NCBI RefSeq assembly: GCF_004010195.1
Contig: NC_057752.1
Span: forward strand, 991,330 to 1,055,329
Reading direction: 5' to 3'
Source of the DNA: Chiloscyllium plagiosum
Taxonomy: Eukaryota
DNA: 64,000 nt
The stretch's first letter is position 1; the number at the start of each line of letters is the position of its first letter. The translations under genes and the position numbers were made by a program. This document shows, piece by piece, positions 50,361-63,368 of the stretch. The notes under the pieces are model-generated. The model was not told the DNA's origin, made no database searches, and saw nothing but the letters and a program-made list of their open reading frames with translations.

Positions 50361-52471
50361 CCCACCAGCTGAGATGAGCCCATGCCAGTGATTTCCTTCA
50401 CCTCATCATCTGTCTTAGACTGGAGCCGCTTTTCCTTGCATACTTCATGCAACCAGAGTAGTTCAAGTCAAGTGTTTTTAAGCTGAAAATCATTGTTGAG
50501 CCATTAACACGTAAAACATTCCTTTGTTCCCACAGCACTAGCAGTAACTCTTTCCTTGTAAAAGAACTTGAAGTTTTCACTGAAAAAAAAAAGGATTGAG
50601 GGATGACCTCTGAATTGTTGAATTATCCATTTGAAACGATCACCAGGAGTAATGTCTAGACTCAAATTTCAATGTGTTCAATGAATATCACTGGTGTAAT
50701 CTTTCATACAACTGCTCACTTGGTGTTACACATGCATATGGTGACAGCCATTAATCTGGCCACTCCTGATGCCCAATACCAGTAGTCAGGTATGCTGCTG
50801 GGCTGCATGGGTCTCCTGAGTTTGCAGTGGCATGCGATATTCAAAGGGGATAGGTGCTCCTGGCAGCCTGCCTCCTGGCCCACGAAGTACCCAACAGCTT
50901 GCATTTGGTATCCTGTTATGATACACACAGTCTCCTGTGGAAGGCTTGCTGTGCATGCTGACTAATAACTCCTCAGTGAGCACCACTTCAGGCATCTGCG
51001 CAGTCTGTAAATTCTGACGTCAAGGTCGTGCAACTCTTTTCCAAGCGAGTCCAGTCTAAAGTTTGGAGCAGTATGATCACAGGAGTTGTTGAAGCACTTG
51101 GATGGCCCTACTGTGCCTGGGAGGTGTCCACTTGCAGACACCACTGGCCTTTTACAAGCTCCACGGGAGATTGCAGCACAGACAATGTTTTGACCAGAAA
51201 TGTAGAGATTTGAGTAATGAGACTCCTCTACAAGGAACCCGACTAGTTATTAGCACACCCCTTATCCCTGTACATGGTGTATGTGGACAATCCTGCTTAG
51301 ATAATAAGCTTCATCCATCAAGAGACCCTTTGAGCTCAAACGCTGCAGCAAGGAGAATCGCTGAACAAGAGCTGCACCCAGCCTACTGCCATGTCCATCC
51401 ACACTGCCTTCCCGGGATGACTTAGGTAGTACACACAGAAGGGTGCAGCCATTCCATCCAGCTCACTGGAGGAAAGGGAGGAGGAAGGATGAAAACACAG
51501 GCGGAGAAACATTGCAACAAGCCTCAGAGACAAACAACACATACTTTCTATGAAAATGTTAAGGCAGATTTGAATGCTGCTCATTAGCAGCAGACCATGT
51601 TGGACAGAAAGCTGTAAAGCATCAGATTGGTGAATGTCAAAGCAAATGACCCATGAAGTGAAAAAAAACCCCAGCAAAACTGGTCACTCTGACGTCCAAT
51701 GGAATAAACAGATAAGCAAATGGGCAAAGGGGAGTAGATGTGGTGCCATTTATGAACAGAGTGAGTGGCTTTCCCATAGGCTGAACCAATTAAGCCTGTC
51801 AGAGGCTTGTAAGCCTAAGTCATGTCGACAGGAAACTTTACTCAGAGGCTAGGGGAGGGAATAGGAACAGGTTCTACTCCTCTAACCAATCCAGCCACAA
51901 TTACCGCACAGCTTATGGGAAAGGCAGGAAGGAGATCATGAGACAACTGGAAAACCTCAGCCATTTGCCCAAAGTGAATAATGCCAGTGAAGGGGGAGAT
52001 TTGAGCTGCTCAGCAAAAGACAACCCCATGCATTTGGCAGAGCCAACCTTTACTCCTGAATAGCCAGTGGGATAGTGATTCCAGTTTTTCAGCCCCAGTA
52101 GTTTAATTGCCTTACAATACAGCAGAGACACAACTGCATATTAAGAGGTAGGAGTGGGGAGTGGCAGGGCAATGGCAGAATTAGAAGCTGGATGTGATGG
52201 TTAGAAGAGACTGAATTCATGGCAGAAATATTTAGAGGGTTTGGGCACGTTTTCCCCTCACTTCCCATCCCGCCTGGCTGTGAGACAGATCATAGGCTTA
52301 AAGTTCTTTTTGGCAGATAGATACAGGGAGAAATCCGGGAGCAATTTTGGACTGGGGTAGGGGCAAGGGTCGGTTTGAGCAAAACGATTTACGCAAAATG
52401 CACGCAGAAGTCAGCCCACACTTCACACTCAAGTGACACAATCAAAGAGGTCAGAAGGCTTTACAACATAC

Positions 52472-52674
52472 ATTTGAATGGCCCTGCAAATCTCTTCAGT
52501 TGTCTTGCCAGCCTTGCGCAACGTAATGGCGAGATTCTTTGCTCGGTTGGCTTCGAGCAGCGTCACTTTACTCAGTGCTTTCTGCGCACTTTTGCTTTTC
52601 TGACATGAGATTTCAATGGAGGGTCCCTGGGCTTTCGTCTTGAAGAGGTCTTCAAATTCATCCATGTCAAGCTC
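52472..52674 (-). CDS. FMNL3: FMNL3 FH2 exon
   Basis: gctgtAG acceptor, GTATGT donor; 203 nt. [18 protein letters not shown]...[29 protein letters not shown]. Confidence 0.96.
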
Positions 52675-53924
52675 CTACAGCACAAAGTGATCGGATAAAC
52701 ACCTTTATTATTATTTTATACTCGGCCATCTCCTGTTCTCACAGGATTTCTTTCCCCCAAATTGTGCCTCTCTCTCTCTCTGTGCATCTTTCTGCTCATG
52801 TTCCACCTTTTCTTCCTTTTGCTTCAGTTCTCCCACACTTTCATTGGTAACTCACTATCTCAGGTTGACACATACCATCCTTGGTATCCTCTTACCTGCA
52901 AATCTCTCATTTCTGCTGTTACATTTCTCCTATGTATGCCTGCCACACATACAGGACGGAGGTGAGTACAGAGTTTGGCCAGGTTGTCTGAAAGTTGTAA
53001 TGTGTATGGGGGAGGGAAAAGCTGAAGGATAGAGTTTAGGCTGGGCTTGACGCTCAGGCAAGGACACAGAGATTACCTGGGAACTAGCCATATCAGAGTG
53101 AGAAATAAGGGTGGTAGCAACAGGCCAAATTCCTCACTCCATTTTAACTACCCGCTCAACCAGTCTGGATTGCACCATTAACATCAAGGTCAAAGTCTTT
53201 AATATAGAAAGGCATTCTACTCAAACCTAGTCTCACCAAGGTAATCAGATCTGTAGTGGAGAAAAATTGGATTCTATTCTATTCTATGTACCCAGTCTGT
53301 CTCTAGACAAGGTTGAGCAGGTAGACGCAAGGTAACACCTGACCCCAGTGTCAACCATAGCCTGAGGAGGTAAAAGAAAACAGCTCCTGCTCTGACAAGG
53401 TGCTTCAAAAACACTTCTGCTAAATGTATCCTTGATCCTCACCTATTCTGGGTTTGTGAGACCAAGGATAATGGACAATGGATTGTAGTACTGAACCTCA
53501 TCACTGTCTATGCTTGCCGTACCTTCTTCCTGCCATTAGCCTAGATGGTGTGTATTCTTGTGCAGCTCTGCAGTCAACATCCTACTGTCATCATCAAACC
53601 CACATGGAGTTACTCTTGAACTGTTCAGATTCACACCCAGGACAGATGGGTCAAAGCGTCCACAGTTTGAAACAGTTAAAAAGAACAGCAAAGTTAATCA
53701 GGCCATTTGCAATGCTCAAAATATTTTAAGGGTGAAGAGGGTGGCTGGGCAGACAGAGGGGATGACGATGCAAATGGAGATGTGCTCTGACCTTTCCAGA
53801 GCTTCTGCAACTCTCCATGTTGACCCATGTCACTTGTGGTAGTTTTGTTTGAAGCAAAGAGGTGGGTGGGTGGGGGGATAGTGGAAATGGACAAAATTAA
53901 ATCAAAATAAATCATCCGACTTAC

Positions 53925-54049
53925 CTCTAATATCTTTTCATCATCGATTTCAGTGAAGACTGTCCCATTGATCTGGTTGGGTTTCAAAGCCATCCAATTG
54001 AACACCGGCAAACGGAATTTGGTTTTGATTGGTTTCTTTATCCGGATAG
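53925..54049 (-). CDS. FMNL3: FMNL3 exon, start of FH2 domain
   Basis: ccttccAG acceptor, GTAAGT donor; 125 nt. [42 protein letters not shown]. Confidence 0.96.
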
Positions 54050-54688
54050 CTGGAAGGAGAAAAGAAAGGATTGCATCTCAGGTAACAATGCAAAAGATGG
54101 AGTGGGAGGCCTGTGGTGCCTCAGAGTCGGAAAGCACAGTGTGTGAGCCCCACTCCAGCCAGTTCCCACGAGTGGATTGGAATGGTGGTTAGCCAGTATG
54201 GGTCTGGAGTTGATGGAACACACTGCTATGAAGCAAGATGCTGACTTAAGGTAAAAAAAGTGACGTTCATCACTTACACTTAGATTTCTCGGCATCCTTT
54301 CATCATTTTCAATAAGTCTATTCCATTTCTCTCAAATTACTCTGTTGCTCTAGCTAACCTCACCTAAGCTTTCCCAGTCTCATTGCAGCTACATTCTCTC
54401 ATTGCTTTTCTGATCTCTATCAGTATTCGGGGCTGGGCAATTCATGGGGTGGGATTGGGAAGACTCTACAGAACAAGAGTAGGCCATTTTATATTCCTTT
54501 TTTATGGATTGTGGGAATAGCTAGCAAAGCCAACATCTATTGCCTATCTCGAATTGCCCTACAGCTGGATTCTCAGGTCAAAGGGCAGTTAAGAATCAAC
54601 CACATTGCTTTGGGTTTGGAGTCACATGTAGGCCAGACTGAGTAAGGACAGCAGATTTCCTTTCCTGAAGGACATTAGGGAACCAGAT

Positions 54689-54882
54689 GAAAGTGGGCAC
54701 TGCAGATGCTGGAGATCAGAGTAAAGATTAGAGTGGTGCTGGAAAAGCTCTCATTTATCTCTCCACTTCGGATGCTCCCAGCCTCATTCCTGATGATGGG
54801 CTTTTGCCCGAAACGGCGATTTTCCTGCTCCTTGGATGCTGCCTGACCTGCTGTTCTTTTCCAGCACCACTCTAATCTTGAC
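54689..54882. mobile_element. Penelope end with inverted arms and 13-bp TSD, nested in a minus-strand SacSINE1-like SINE
   Basis: TSD tag(g/t)gaaccagat at 54676-54688 and 54883-54895; CTGATGA-tgggc(tttt)gccc-GAAA at 54790-54813. Confidence 0.8.
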
Positions 54883-55169
54883 TAGTGAACCAGATAGTAG
54901 TTTCACGGCTGCCCTTACTGAGAGAAGCTTTCAGTTCCAGATTTATTTACTAACTGCTGTGGCGGGATTTGAAGTTGTCCATTCACCTCTTTCTGGATTA
55001 CTGGCCCAGTGATGCCACTACGTCACCACCAATGTTCCCTCAAAGCTGGACAGCTGCTCGGAGGTTCTGTGCAGGATGATCGCCATGTGGACACATTAGT
55101 TTCTGCTTGGAGATCCGCGAAGTGGGAAGAAAATATTACAGGAAGGTGGAACTGGAGCAATGCACAGAT

Positions 55170-55470
55170 CTTGGATGGGTATAGGGGACTGGAGGAAGTG
55201 ATAGAGACAAGGAGGGTGTAGGGGCTGGAGGAGGTGACAGAGATAGGGAGGATGTAGTTGCTGGACTTGGATACAGAGATGAGCAGAGGCTGGTGGACAT
55301 TACAGAGATGGAAAGAATTATAGGAGCTAGAGGGGTCACAAAGATAGGGAAAGATATAGGAACTGGAAGAGGTGACAGATATAGGAAGGGGGTGTCGGGG
55401 CTGAAGAAGGTTACAGATATAGGGAGGGGTGTGGGAGGCTGGAGGAGGTGACAGAGATAGGAAGGGAGTA
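55170..55470. repeat. Purine-rich ~30-37 bp minisatellite
   Basis: Repeated gatagggagggg..ggctggaggaggtgacaga units. Confidence 0.8.
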
Positions 55471-55856
55471 TAGACACTTTTGTTTAAAGTCAATCCTGGG
55501 ACGTGGATGTCTCCAGCAGGCTAACATTTGTTGCCCATCCCTAACTGCCCTTGAACTGAGCGGCTTGCCAGGTTATTTCAGAGCCAACTCATTAGTGTGT
55601 GTCTGGAGTCACACATGGGCCAGAAATAGGGATAGACACTGGCTTCAGTGGGGAATAAAGAGAAACAAAATGAGAAAGCAGCAAAAAAAAATGCTCCAGA
55701 CATGGTGCTTTAATTACATTAAGAAAAGGAACGTGTCAAACAAACCAAACCTGTTAAACCACATCTTTCTTCCCAATACCTTGCAGTACATTGCCTTTTG
55801 ACAAAAGTAGTTGCAGCAATAAGTTTAATCACTATAGAAAACAGATGAACTATTAC

Positions 55857-55946
55857 CTGACAATCCCGAGGTGAGGATAACTGAAAGTGAAGTGCCAGGT
55901 AACGGAGGAGCCGCAGGTGGTGGTGGTGGGGGTGGGGGTGCTTGAC
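55857..55946 (-). CDS. FMNL3: Formin-like protein 3 exon, end of FH1 poly-proline region
   Basis: ttccaacAG acceptor and GTaata donor; 90 nt, phase 1/1. Translates QAPPPPPPPPAAPPLPGTSLSVILTSGLS and joins the next exon as ...GLSAIRIKKP, like FMNL3 (recalled). Confidence 0.9.
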
Positions 55947-56759
55947 CTGTTGGAAAAGACAAACACATCTAAAACTTTCCAATTCACAGCTGTCTTGGTG
56001 AAGATACTTTTCTTCTTCTAGTGTGATTTGTGACTCTACGTCTCAGTGCATGCTTCCTTTCATCTTTGTACCGAGAAGGTGGGATTATGCAGGATGAAGG
56101 CTATTCCAGAGGCACCTGTGCCAGCCTGTGACCAGTTGATGGCACATTTGTATGCCAGCAGGCTAGAGACATTGGGAATGAGGTAACTCATTAAATTTAT
56201 TTTTAAAATATAGGTCTATGCTGTGCATGCCTTGAGCCAATCTGCAATCATCCCTGCATTGATTCCCAGGTGATACAACGCAATGCTTTAGATGATGGTT
56301 GCATTTTAAACTGTCACCTTGAATTAAGGGCTGGGGTTGTTTGGAGAGGGATATATAACATCATACAAAGGAGACTAGCCCATGTGATCTGGTTGCCATG
56401 GGAACAGGAGCATAGATTGAAACTTATTGAAAATGAGGGACAGTTTTAACACCAGGCCTCGAAAGGAGAAAGGAGCTGTTTTTGCTGCTTCCAGATTCTC
56501 AGAGGCAGTCAGATTATGCACTTTGTGGAAGACCACCCAGCAGAGAGCTGGTAGGGTAAAAAACCCATTAGAAGAAACAAAGATTATGAACAGTTAAAGG
56601 TCATGGGTTCACCAGACAGTACCTTGCAATGGGAAGTCCATTTAATTATGCTTAAAGGTTTCATGTTTATGAGGACACTGGGCGATTCAGCCTGATAAAG
56701 CAAAGAGGAGGTTTGGATTTTTGTCACAAGACTACAATTCTATGTAGAGCTTTTATTCA

Positions 56760-57500
56760 CTCATGAGATGTGGGCTTATTTGCATCATCCCTAGTTGCCC
56801 CTGAGAAGGTGGTGGTGAGCTGCCTTCCTAAACTGCTGCAGTCCACGTGCTGCAGGTAGACCCACAATGCCCTTAGAGAGGGAATTCTAGCATTTTGACC
56901 CAGCAAAGGAACAATGATGTATTTCCAAGTGTCTTGGAGTAGGACTTGCAGGTGGTGGTGTTCCCAAGAGTCTGCTGTCCTTGTCCTTCTAGATGGTAGT
57001 GGTCATGGCTTTGAAAGGTGCTGTCCAAGGAGCTTGTGTGCATTTCTGCAGTGCATCTTGTAGATAGCACACACTGCTGCTACTGAGCATCAGTAGTGGA
57101 CTAACTGAATGTTTGTGGATGTGGGGCCAATCAAGTGGGTTGCTTTGTCCTGGATGATGTCAAGCTTTTTGTGTGTTATTAGAGCTGCACTCAACCAAGC
57201 AAGTAAGTCATATTCCATCTCATTCCTGACTTGTACCTTGTAGATGGTGGACAAGCTTTAGGGAGTCAGGAGGTGAGTTACTCATTACAGAACTCCTAGC
57301 CTCTGACCTGCTCTTGGAGCCACTGTGTTTATATGATTGACCAGAAACTGAACTTGACCAATGTTAATCCCAAAATGTCGACAGTGAGGGATTCAGTGAT
57401 GGCAATGACATTGAATGTGAATGGATGGTGGTTAGATTGTCTTATTAGAAAGTCACTGCCTGCCATTTGTGAGGCATAAATGTTCCTTGCCACTTTTCAG
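56760..57500 (-). mobile_element. CR1/L2-group LINE 3' fragment
   Basis: Homologous to 30180-30720. Confidence 0.75.
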
Positions 57501-58189
57501 CTCAAGAGTGCAGAGTAATGTATAAATGCAGCATGGAGTTTTTAGTTGAATTAAGATGTTCCTGGGGAATACCTTTTCGCTAGTTTATGTGTTAGTTGCC
57601 TACTAAATAATGCTTAGCTGATATTGATTTTAGTCTGATTACTACAGTAAAAGTCTTAAAACCTGAAATCTTGCCATGCAATCCTGTGTGTCAGTCACTG
57701 CAAACTTCATACCTTTTCTTGAAGGTTATTAGTGCCATATAACACTATAACAATTAGCTTGAATTTTAATCAGGCAATTTTACCCAGAATGCTTTCCAGA
57801 TAGGAGAAGGTATAAAACTCCCAGGTGGTGAAGAACCGCAACTATAGCAAGAATAGCAAAATGTTGCCATTTTCAACATTATCAGGAATTTCTTTAAGCT
57901 CCATTCAAATATATTTTTAAACTAGAGATTAGACCCCATGGAAACACAATGATCGAAGACATACCTGAGTCGAGCATTCGAGCAAAGGGTCAAAGATTGG
58001 CAGGTAGTGTGGAATTTGCACAAGCAATGGAATTTGGATGGGTGCACTTTTTATCAGGGAGGGATTAGCTGCCAACAAACATCTACTGCCCTGTCTGAGG
58101 CAGTGCATTGGGATGTCACCACTGATAGTGACATAAGAGTGACACATGCTGGAAGGTTGAGTGAAATATGAGTTGATGGGAAGAGTGAG

Positions 58190-60932
58190 GGCAGTAACAA
58201 ATTAAAAATACTATACATGAATGCACGAAGCATTAGAAATAAGATGGATGAGCTTGAGGCTCTTTTGGAAATTGGTAGGTACGATATTGTGGGGATAACT
58301 GAGACGTTGCTTCAAGTGGACATGGCCTGGGAAATGAATATTCAAGGCTACACGTGCTATCGTAAGGACAGACTGACGGGCAGAGGGGGTGGGGTGGCCA
58401 TGTTGGTAAGGGATGATATTCAGTCCCTTGCGCGGGGGGACCGAGAGTCAGTGTGGATAGAGCTGAGAAATACTAAGGGTAAAAAGACCCTCTTGGGAGT
58501 TATCTACAGGCCCCAAACAGTAGTCTGGATATCGGATGCAAGTTAAATCAGGAGCTGAAATTGGCCTGACGCAAAGATGTTACTACAGTTGTTATGGGGG
58601 ATTTCAACATGCAGGTAGACTGGGAGAAACAGGATGGTATTGGACCTCAAGAAAAAGACTTTGTGGAATGCCTCAGAGATGGATTCTTAGAACAGCTGGT
58701 GCTGGAGCCGACCAGGGAGAAGGCAATTCTGGATCTGGTATTGTGCAATGAACCAGAATTGGTCAGGGACCTCGAAGTGAAGGAGCCATTGGGAACTAGT
58801 GACCATAATACAATAAGCTTCAATCTGCAATTTGAGAGGGAGAGGGTACAATCGGAAGTGTCAATTTTTCTGTTGAATACAAGGGAACTATGGAGCTATG
58901 AGGGAGGAGCTGGCCAAAGTTCAATGGTGCAATACCTTAGCAGGGATGACAGTGGAGGAACAATGGCGGATATTTCTGTGTATAATGCAGAAGTTGCAGG
59001 ATCAGTTCATTCCAAAAGGAAGAAAGATCCTAGGAGGGGGCAAGGGTGGCCGTGTCTGATGAGGGAAGTTAAGAAACATATAAAGTTAAAAGAGAAAAAA
59101 GTATAACATAGCAAAGATAAGTGGGGAAAATGGAGGACTGGGAAGCTTTTAAAGAACAACAGAGGATTACTAAGAAGGAAATACACAGAGAAAAAATGAG
59201 GTACGAAGGTAAACTGGCCAAGAATATTAAGGAGGATAGTAAAAGCTTTTTTAGGTATGTGAAAGGCAAAAAAAATGGTTAAGACTAAAATTGGGCCCTT
59301 GAAGACAGAAACAGGGGAATATATTACGGGGAGCAAAGAAATGGCAGAAGAATTGAATTGGTACTTCAGATCTGTGTTCACTGGGGAAGACACAAGCAAT
59401 CTCCCTGCGGTAACAGTGGCTGAAGGACCTGAACTTAAGGGAATTTATATTTGCCAGGAATTGGTGTTGGAGAGACTGTTAGGTCTGAAGGTTGATAAGT
59501 CCCTGGGGCCTGATGGTCTACATCCCAGGGTACTGAAGGAGGTGGCTCGAGAAATCATGGATGCGTTGGTGATTATTTTCCAGAGTTCAATAGATTCGGG
59601 ATCAGTTCCTGCGCATTGGAAGGTGGCTAATGTTATACCACTTTTTAAGAAAGGTGGGAGAGAGAAAGCAGGAAATTTTCGACCAGTTAGTCTGACCTCA
59701 GTGGTGGGAAAGATGCTGGAGTCTATTATAAAGGATGAAATTACGACACATCTGGATAGTAGTAACAGGATAGGTCAGAGTCAGCATGGATTTATGAAGT
59801 GGAAACCATGCTTGACTAATCTTCTGGAATTCTTTGAGGATGTAACTCTGAAGATGGACGAGGGAGATCCAGTAGATGTCGTGTACCTGGACTTTCAGAA
59901 AGCTTTTGATAAAGTCCCACATAGGAGGTTAGTGAGCAAAATTAGGGCGCATGGTATTGGGGGCAAAGTACTAACTTGGATTGAAAGTTGGTTGGCTGAT
60001 AGGAAACAAAGAGTAGTGATAAATGGCTCCATTTCGGAATGGCAGACAATGAGGCAGCCAGTGGGGTACTGCAGGGATCAGTACTGGGACCGCAGCTTTT
60101 TACAATATATGTTAGTGATAAAGATGGTATTAGTAATAACATTAGCAAATTTGCGGATGATACTAAGCTGGGTGGCAGGGTGAAATGTGACGAGGATGTT
60201 AGGAGATTACAGGTTGACCTGGACAAGTTAGGTGAGTGGTCAGATGCATGGCAGATGCAGTTTAATGTGGATAAATGTATGGCTATCCACTTTGGTGGCA
60301 AGAACAGGAAGGCAGATTACTACCTAAATGAAATCAATTTAGGTAAAGGGGCAGTACAAAGAGATCTGGGTGTTCTTGTACACCAGTCAATGAAGGTAAG
60401 CATGCAGGTACAGCAGGTAGTGAAGAAGGCGAATAACATGCTGGCTTTCATAACAAGAGAGATTGAGTATAGAAGCAAAGAGGTTCATCTGCAGCTGTAC
60501 AGGGCCCTGGTAAGACCACACCTGGAGTACTGTGTGCAGTTCTGGTCTCCAAATTTGAGGAAAAACATTCTGGCTATTGAGGGAGTGCAGCGTAGGTTCA
60601 CAAGGTCAATTCCTGGAATGGCGGGACTAACTTACNNNNNNNNNNNNNNNNNNNNNNNNNNNNNNNNNNNNNNNNNAGATGAGGAGAAAGTTCTTCACCC
60701 AGAGAGTGGTGGCTGTGTGGAATGCTCTGCCCCAGAGGGCAGTGGAGGCCCAGTCTCTGGATCATTTAAGAAAGAGTTGGATAGAGCTCTCAAGAATTGT
60801 GGAATCAAGGGTTATGGAGATTAAGCAGGAACAGGATACTGATTAAGGATGATCAGCCATGATCATATTGAATGGTGGTGCAGGCTCGAAGGGCAGAATG
60901 GCCTACTCCTGCACCTATTGTCTATTGTCTAT
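58190..60932 (+). mobile_element. Near-complete CR1 ORF2 (APE endonuclease + RT), frameshifted
   Basis: NARSIRNK..DIVGITET, GDFN, LDLVL..SDHN, GPDGLHPRVLKE, YLDFQKAFDKVPH, QGSVLGP, FADDTKL, RPHLEYCVQFWSP; tail cctattgtctattgtctat. Confidence 0.95.
60636..60676. other. Assembly gap (N run)
   Basis: Run of N. Confidence 1.
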
Positions 60933-61619
60933 AAGAGAGAGTGTAAGGCACATTCTATGAAGCACTCTCCCAAGTATCCTAAAGTACTGTGCACAGTTCT
61001 ACTCTCCACTTCATAAAAAGAGAAGACTGAGGGGTGATCTTAGATAGATATTTGAAAAGCATGCAGGGTTCATTACGGTAGATGTAGAAAAATGCTTTTT
61101 ACTTGTGAAGTGGGCCACAATTAGGGCCCATAAATATAAAATAGTCATTAATAAACCCAATAAAGAATTCATCAGAAATATATTTTCCTGGAGAGTGGTT
61201 AGATTGCTGAATGCACTATCCCAGTGAGTCCTTGAGATAGCTCATATGGATGGCATTAAGTGAAGGCTAGATAAACCTGAGAATGAGGAAGCAACAATGA
61301 TGTAGAGAAGGTTAGATGAGGCTTGGGTGGAAAACAAACACTAACACAGTCAGTTAGGCTGAATGGCCTTTCTCTCTGCTGTTACTTCTATGTAATCTAA
61401 TATTCACTGATCTGATAAAAGGTTGAAAAATTTCTCCCATAAGGTAATCACGGTAAAGGTGACTTTCAAGTTCTTGGACTCGATGGGCCGAATGGTTTAT
61501 TTCTGCTTTTACATCGAATGATCTTATTACCGTGTCTTAGGCATGTTCTCTTTGTCTCTAGTCATTTAGAATCAGGGGCGGGTGGGGGTAAGGGAGGTTG
61601 GCGTGGTGAGTATGTTACT

Positions 61620-61822
61620 GGAGTCATAGAGTCGTAGAGATGTACAGCACGGAAACAGACCCTTCAGTCCATCTCGTCCATCAACCAGATATCCCAACCC
61701 AATCTAGTCCCACCTGCCAGCACCCAGCCCATATCCTTCCAAACCCTTCCTATTCATATACCCATCCAGATGCCTTTTAAATGTTGCATTTGTACCAGCC
61801 TCCACCACTTCCTCTGGCAGCT
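61620..61822 (-). mobile_element. CR1 3' end
   Basis: Near-identical to 61985-62180. Confidence 0.85.
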
Positions 61823-61984
61823 CTTAGCGGTCATGCTGCATCTAATTTTTTTTGGGCCATTTCCAACTCATCTGCACTAAAAAGGTGTATTAAGTCACAT
61901 TTTAATTTCATTTCCTCTGGTGAATTCAGTATGGCTGTTTTATTAATTAGGCAGCTAGCTGAGGCACCTTTTTTTTTTACAAAG

Positions 61985-62908
61985 GAGTCATAGAGATGTA
62001 CAGCATGGAAACAGACCCTTCGGTCCAACCCGTCCATGCCGACCAGATATCCCAACCCAATCTAGTCCCACCTGCCAGCACCCGGCCCATATCCCTCCAA
62101 ACCCTTCCGATTCATATACCCATCCAAATGCCTCTTAAATATTGCAATTGTACCAGCCTCCACCACATCCTCTGGCAGCTCATTCCATACACATACCACC
62201 CTCTGCGTGAAAAAGCTGCCCCTTAGGTCTCTCTTATATCTTTCCCCTCTCACCCTAAACCTATGCCCTCTAGTTCTGGATTCCCCGACACCAGGGAAAA
62301 GACTTTGCCTATTTATCCTATCCATGCCCCTCATAATTTTGGATACCTCTATAAGGTCACCCCTCAGCCTCCGACGCTCCAGGGAAAACAGCCCCAGCCT
62401 GTTCAGCCTCTCCCTGTAGCTCAAATCCTCCAACCCTGGCAACATCCTTGTAAATCTTTTCTGAACCGTTTCAACTTTCACAACATCTTTCCAATAGGAA
62501 GGAGACAAGAATTGCACGCAATATTTCAACAGTGGCCTAACCAATGTCCTGTACAGCCGCAACATGACCTCCCAACTCCTGTACTCAATACTCTGACCAA
62601 TAAAGGAAAGCATACCAAACGCCTTCTTCACTATCCTATCTACCTGCGACTCCACTTTCCAGGAGCTACGAACCTGCACTCCAAGGTCTCTTTGTTCAGA
62701 AACACTCCCTAGGACCTTACCATTAAGTGTATAAGTCCTACTAAGATTTGCTTTCCCAAAATGCAGCACCTCGCATTTATCTGAATTAAACTCCATCTGC
62801 CACTTCTCAATCCATTGGCCCATCTTGTCCAGATCCTGGTGTAATCTGAGGTAGCCCTCTTCGCTGTCCACTACACCTCCAATTTTGGTGTCATCTGCAA
62901 ACTTACTA
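61985..62908 (-). mobile_element. Young 5'-truncated CR1 LINE, RT C-terminal part in frame
   Basis: ORF 62062-63006 from SKFADDTKIGG to EGYGPGAGRWD is uninterrupted; ctctatgactc tail. Confidence 0.93.
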
Positions 62909-63340
62909 TTGCAAAACAACAAGTAGTGCCTTGAATTCTTCCAAATTTGCTTATGTCGGATCTCATTGTAACCATGTGCGCAATGAGGCACCCTCACTTC
63001 CTCCACACCAGCAGGAGCAGTGTTGACACATTAGGCCCACAGCTCCCACATTTCAAAATTAACTTCAGCCTGATTGCAGGGCTTTTTCAAAACCAAAATA
63101 AAAAAAAAAATCAACCTCACCTCAGCACCAATTGCATTCTTTTGGAAAGAGTCGAGAAGGATTACATAGCATTTGGAAGGAATGTAAGTCAGGAGGAAAG
63201 ATTTAAAGGAACCTTGTGCTGGCTTCTTCTGAAAGGGGCAAAGCTTCAAAATAACCTGGATGAATTTGTCAGGACAGGGCCGGGAGTGTGGTGCTGGAAA
63301 AGCACAGCCGGTCAGGCAGCATCTGAGGAGCAGGAGAATC

Positions 63341-63368
63341 GACATTTCGGGCATAAGCCCTTCATCAG
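63341..63368 (-). ncRNA. Minimal hammerhead core in a Penelope end (about 63284-63380)
   Basis: Minus strand CTGATGA-agggc(ttat)gccc-GAAA-tgtc. Confidence 0.65.

Noticed and set aside
50720..51200. Possible decayed Harbinger-like transposase (CVYHNRI, RLPGAPIPF..MPLQTQET fragments)
   Set aside because: Resemblance too weak to support by eye; needs BLASTX or an HMM search.
55023..55493. Ser/Pro-rich ORFs that might be an FH1 exon
   Set aside because: Translation of a minisatellite; the flanking FMNL3 exons already join in phase without it.
19620..55946. Calling the gene FMNL2 or FMNL1
   Set aside because: Residues such as [36 protein letters not shown] and the ESNC end fit recalled FMNL3 better; a phylogeny would be decisive.
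58190..60932. Intact active LINE or domesticated RT gene
   Set aside because: Multiple frameshifts and stops, no ORF1 seen, and an assembly gap.
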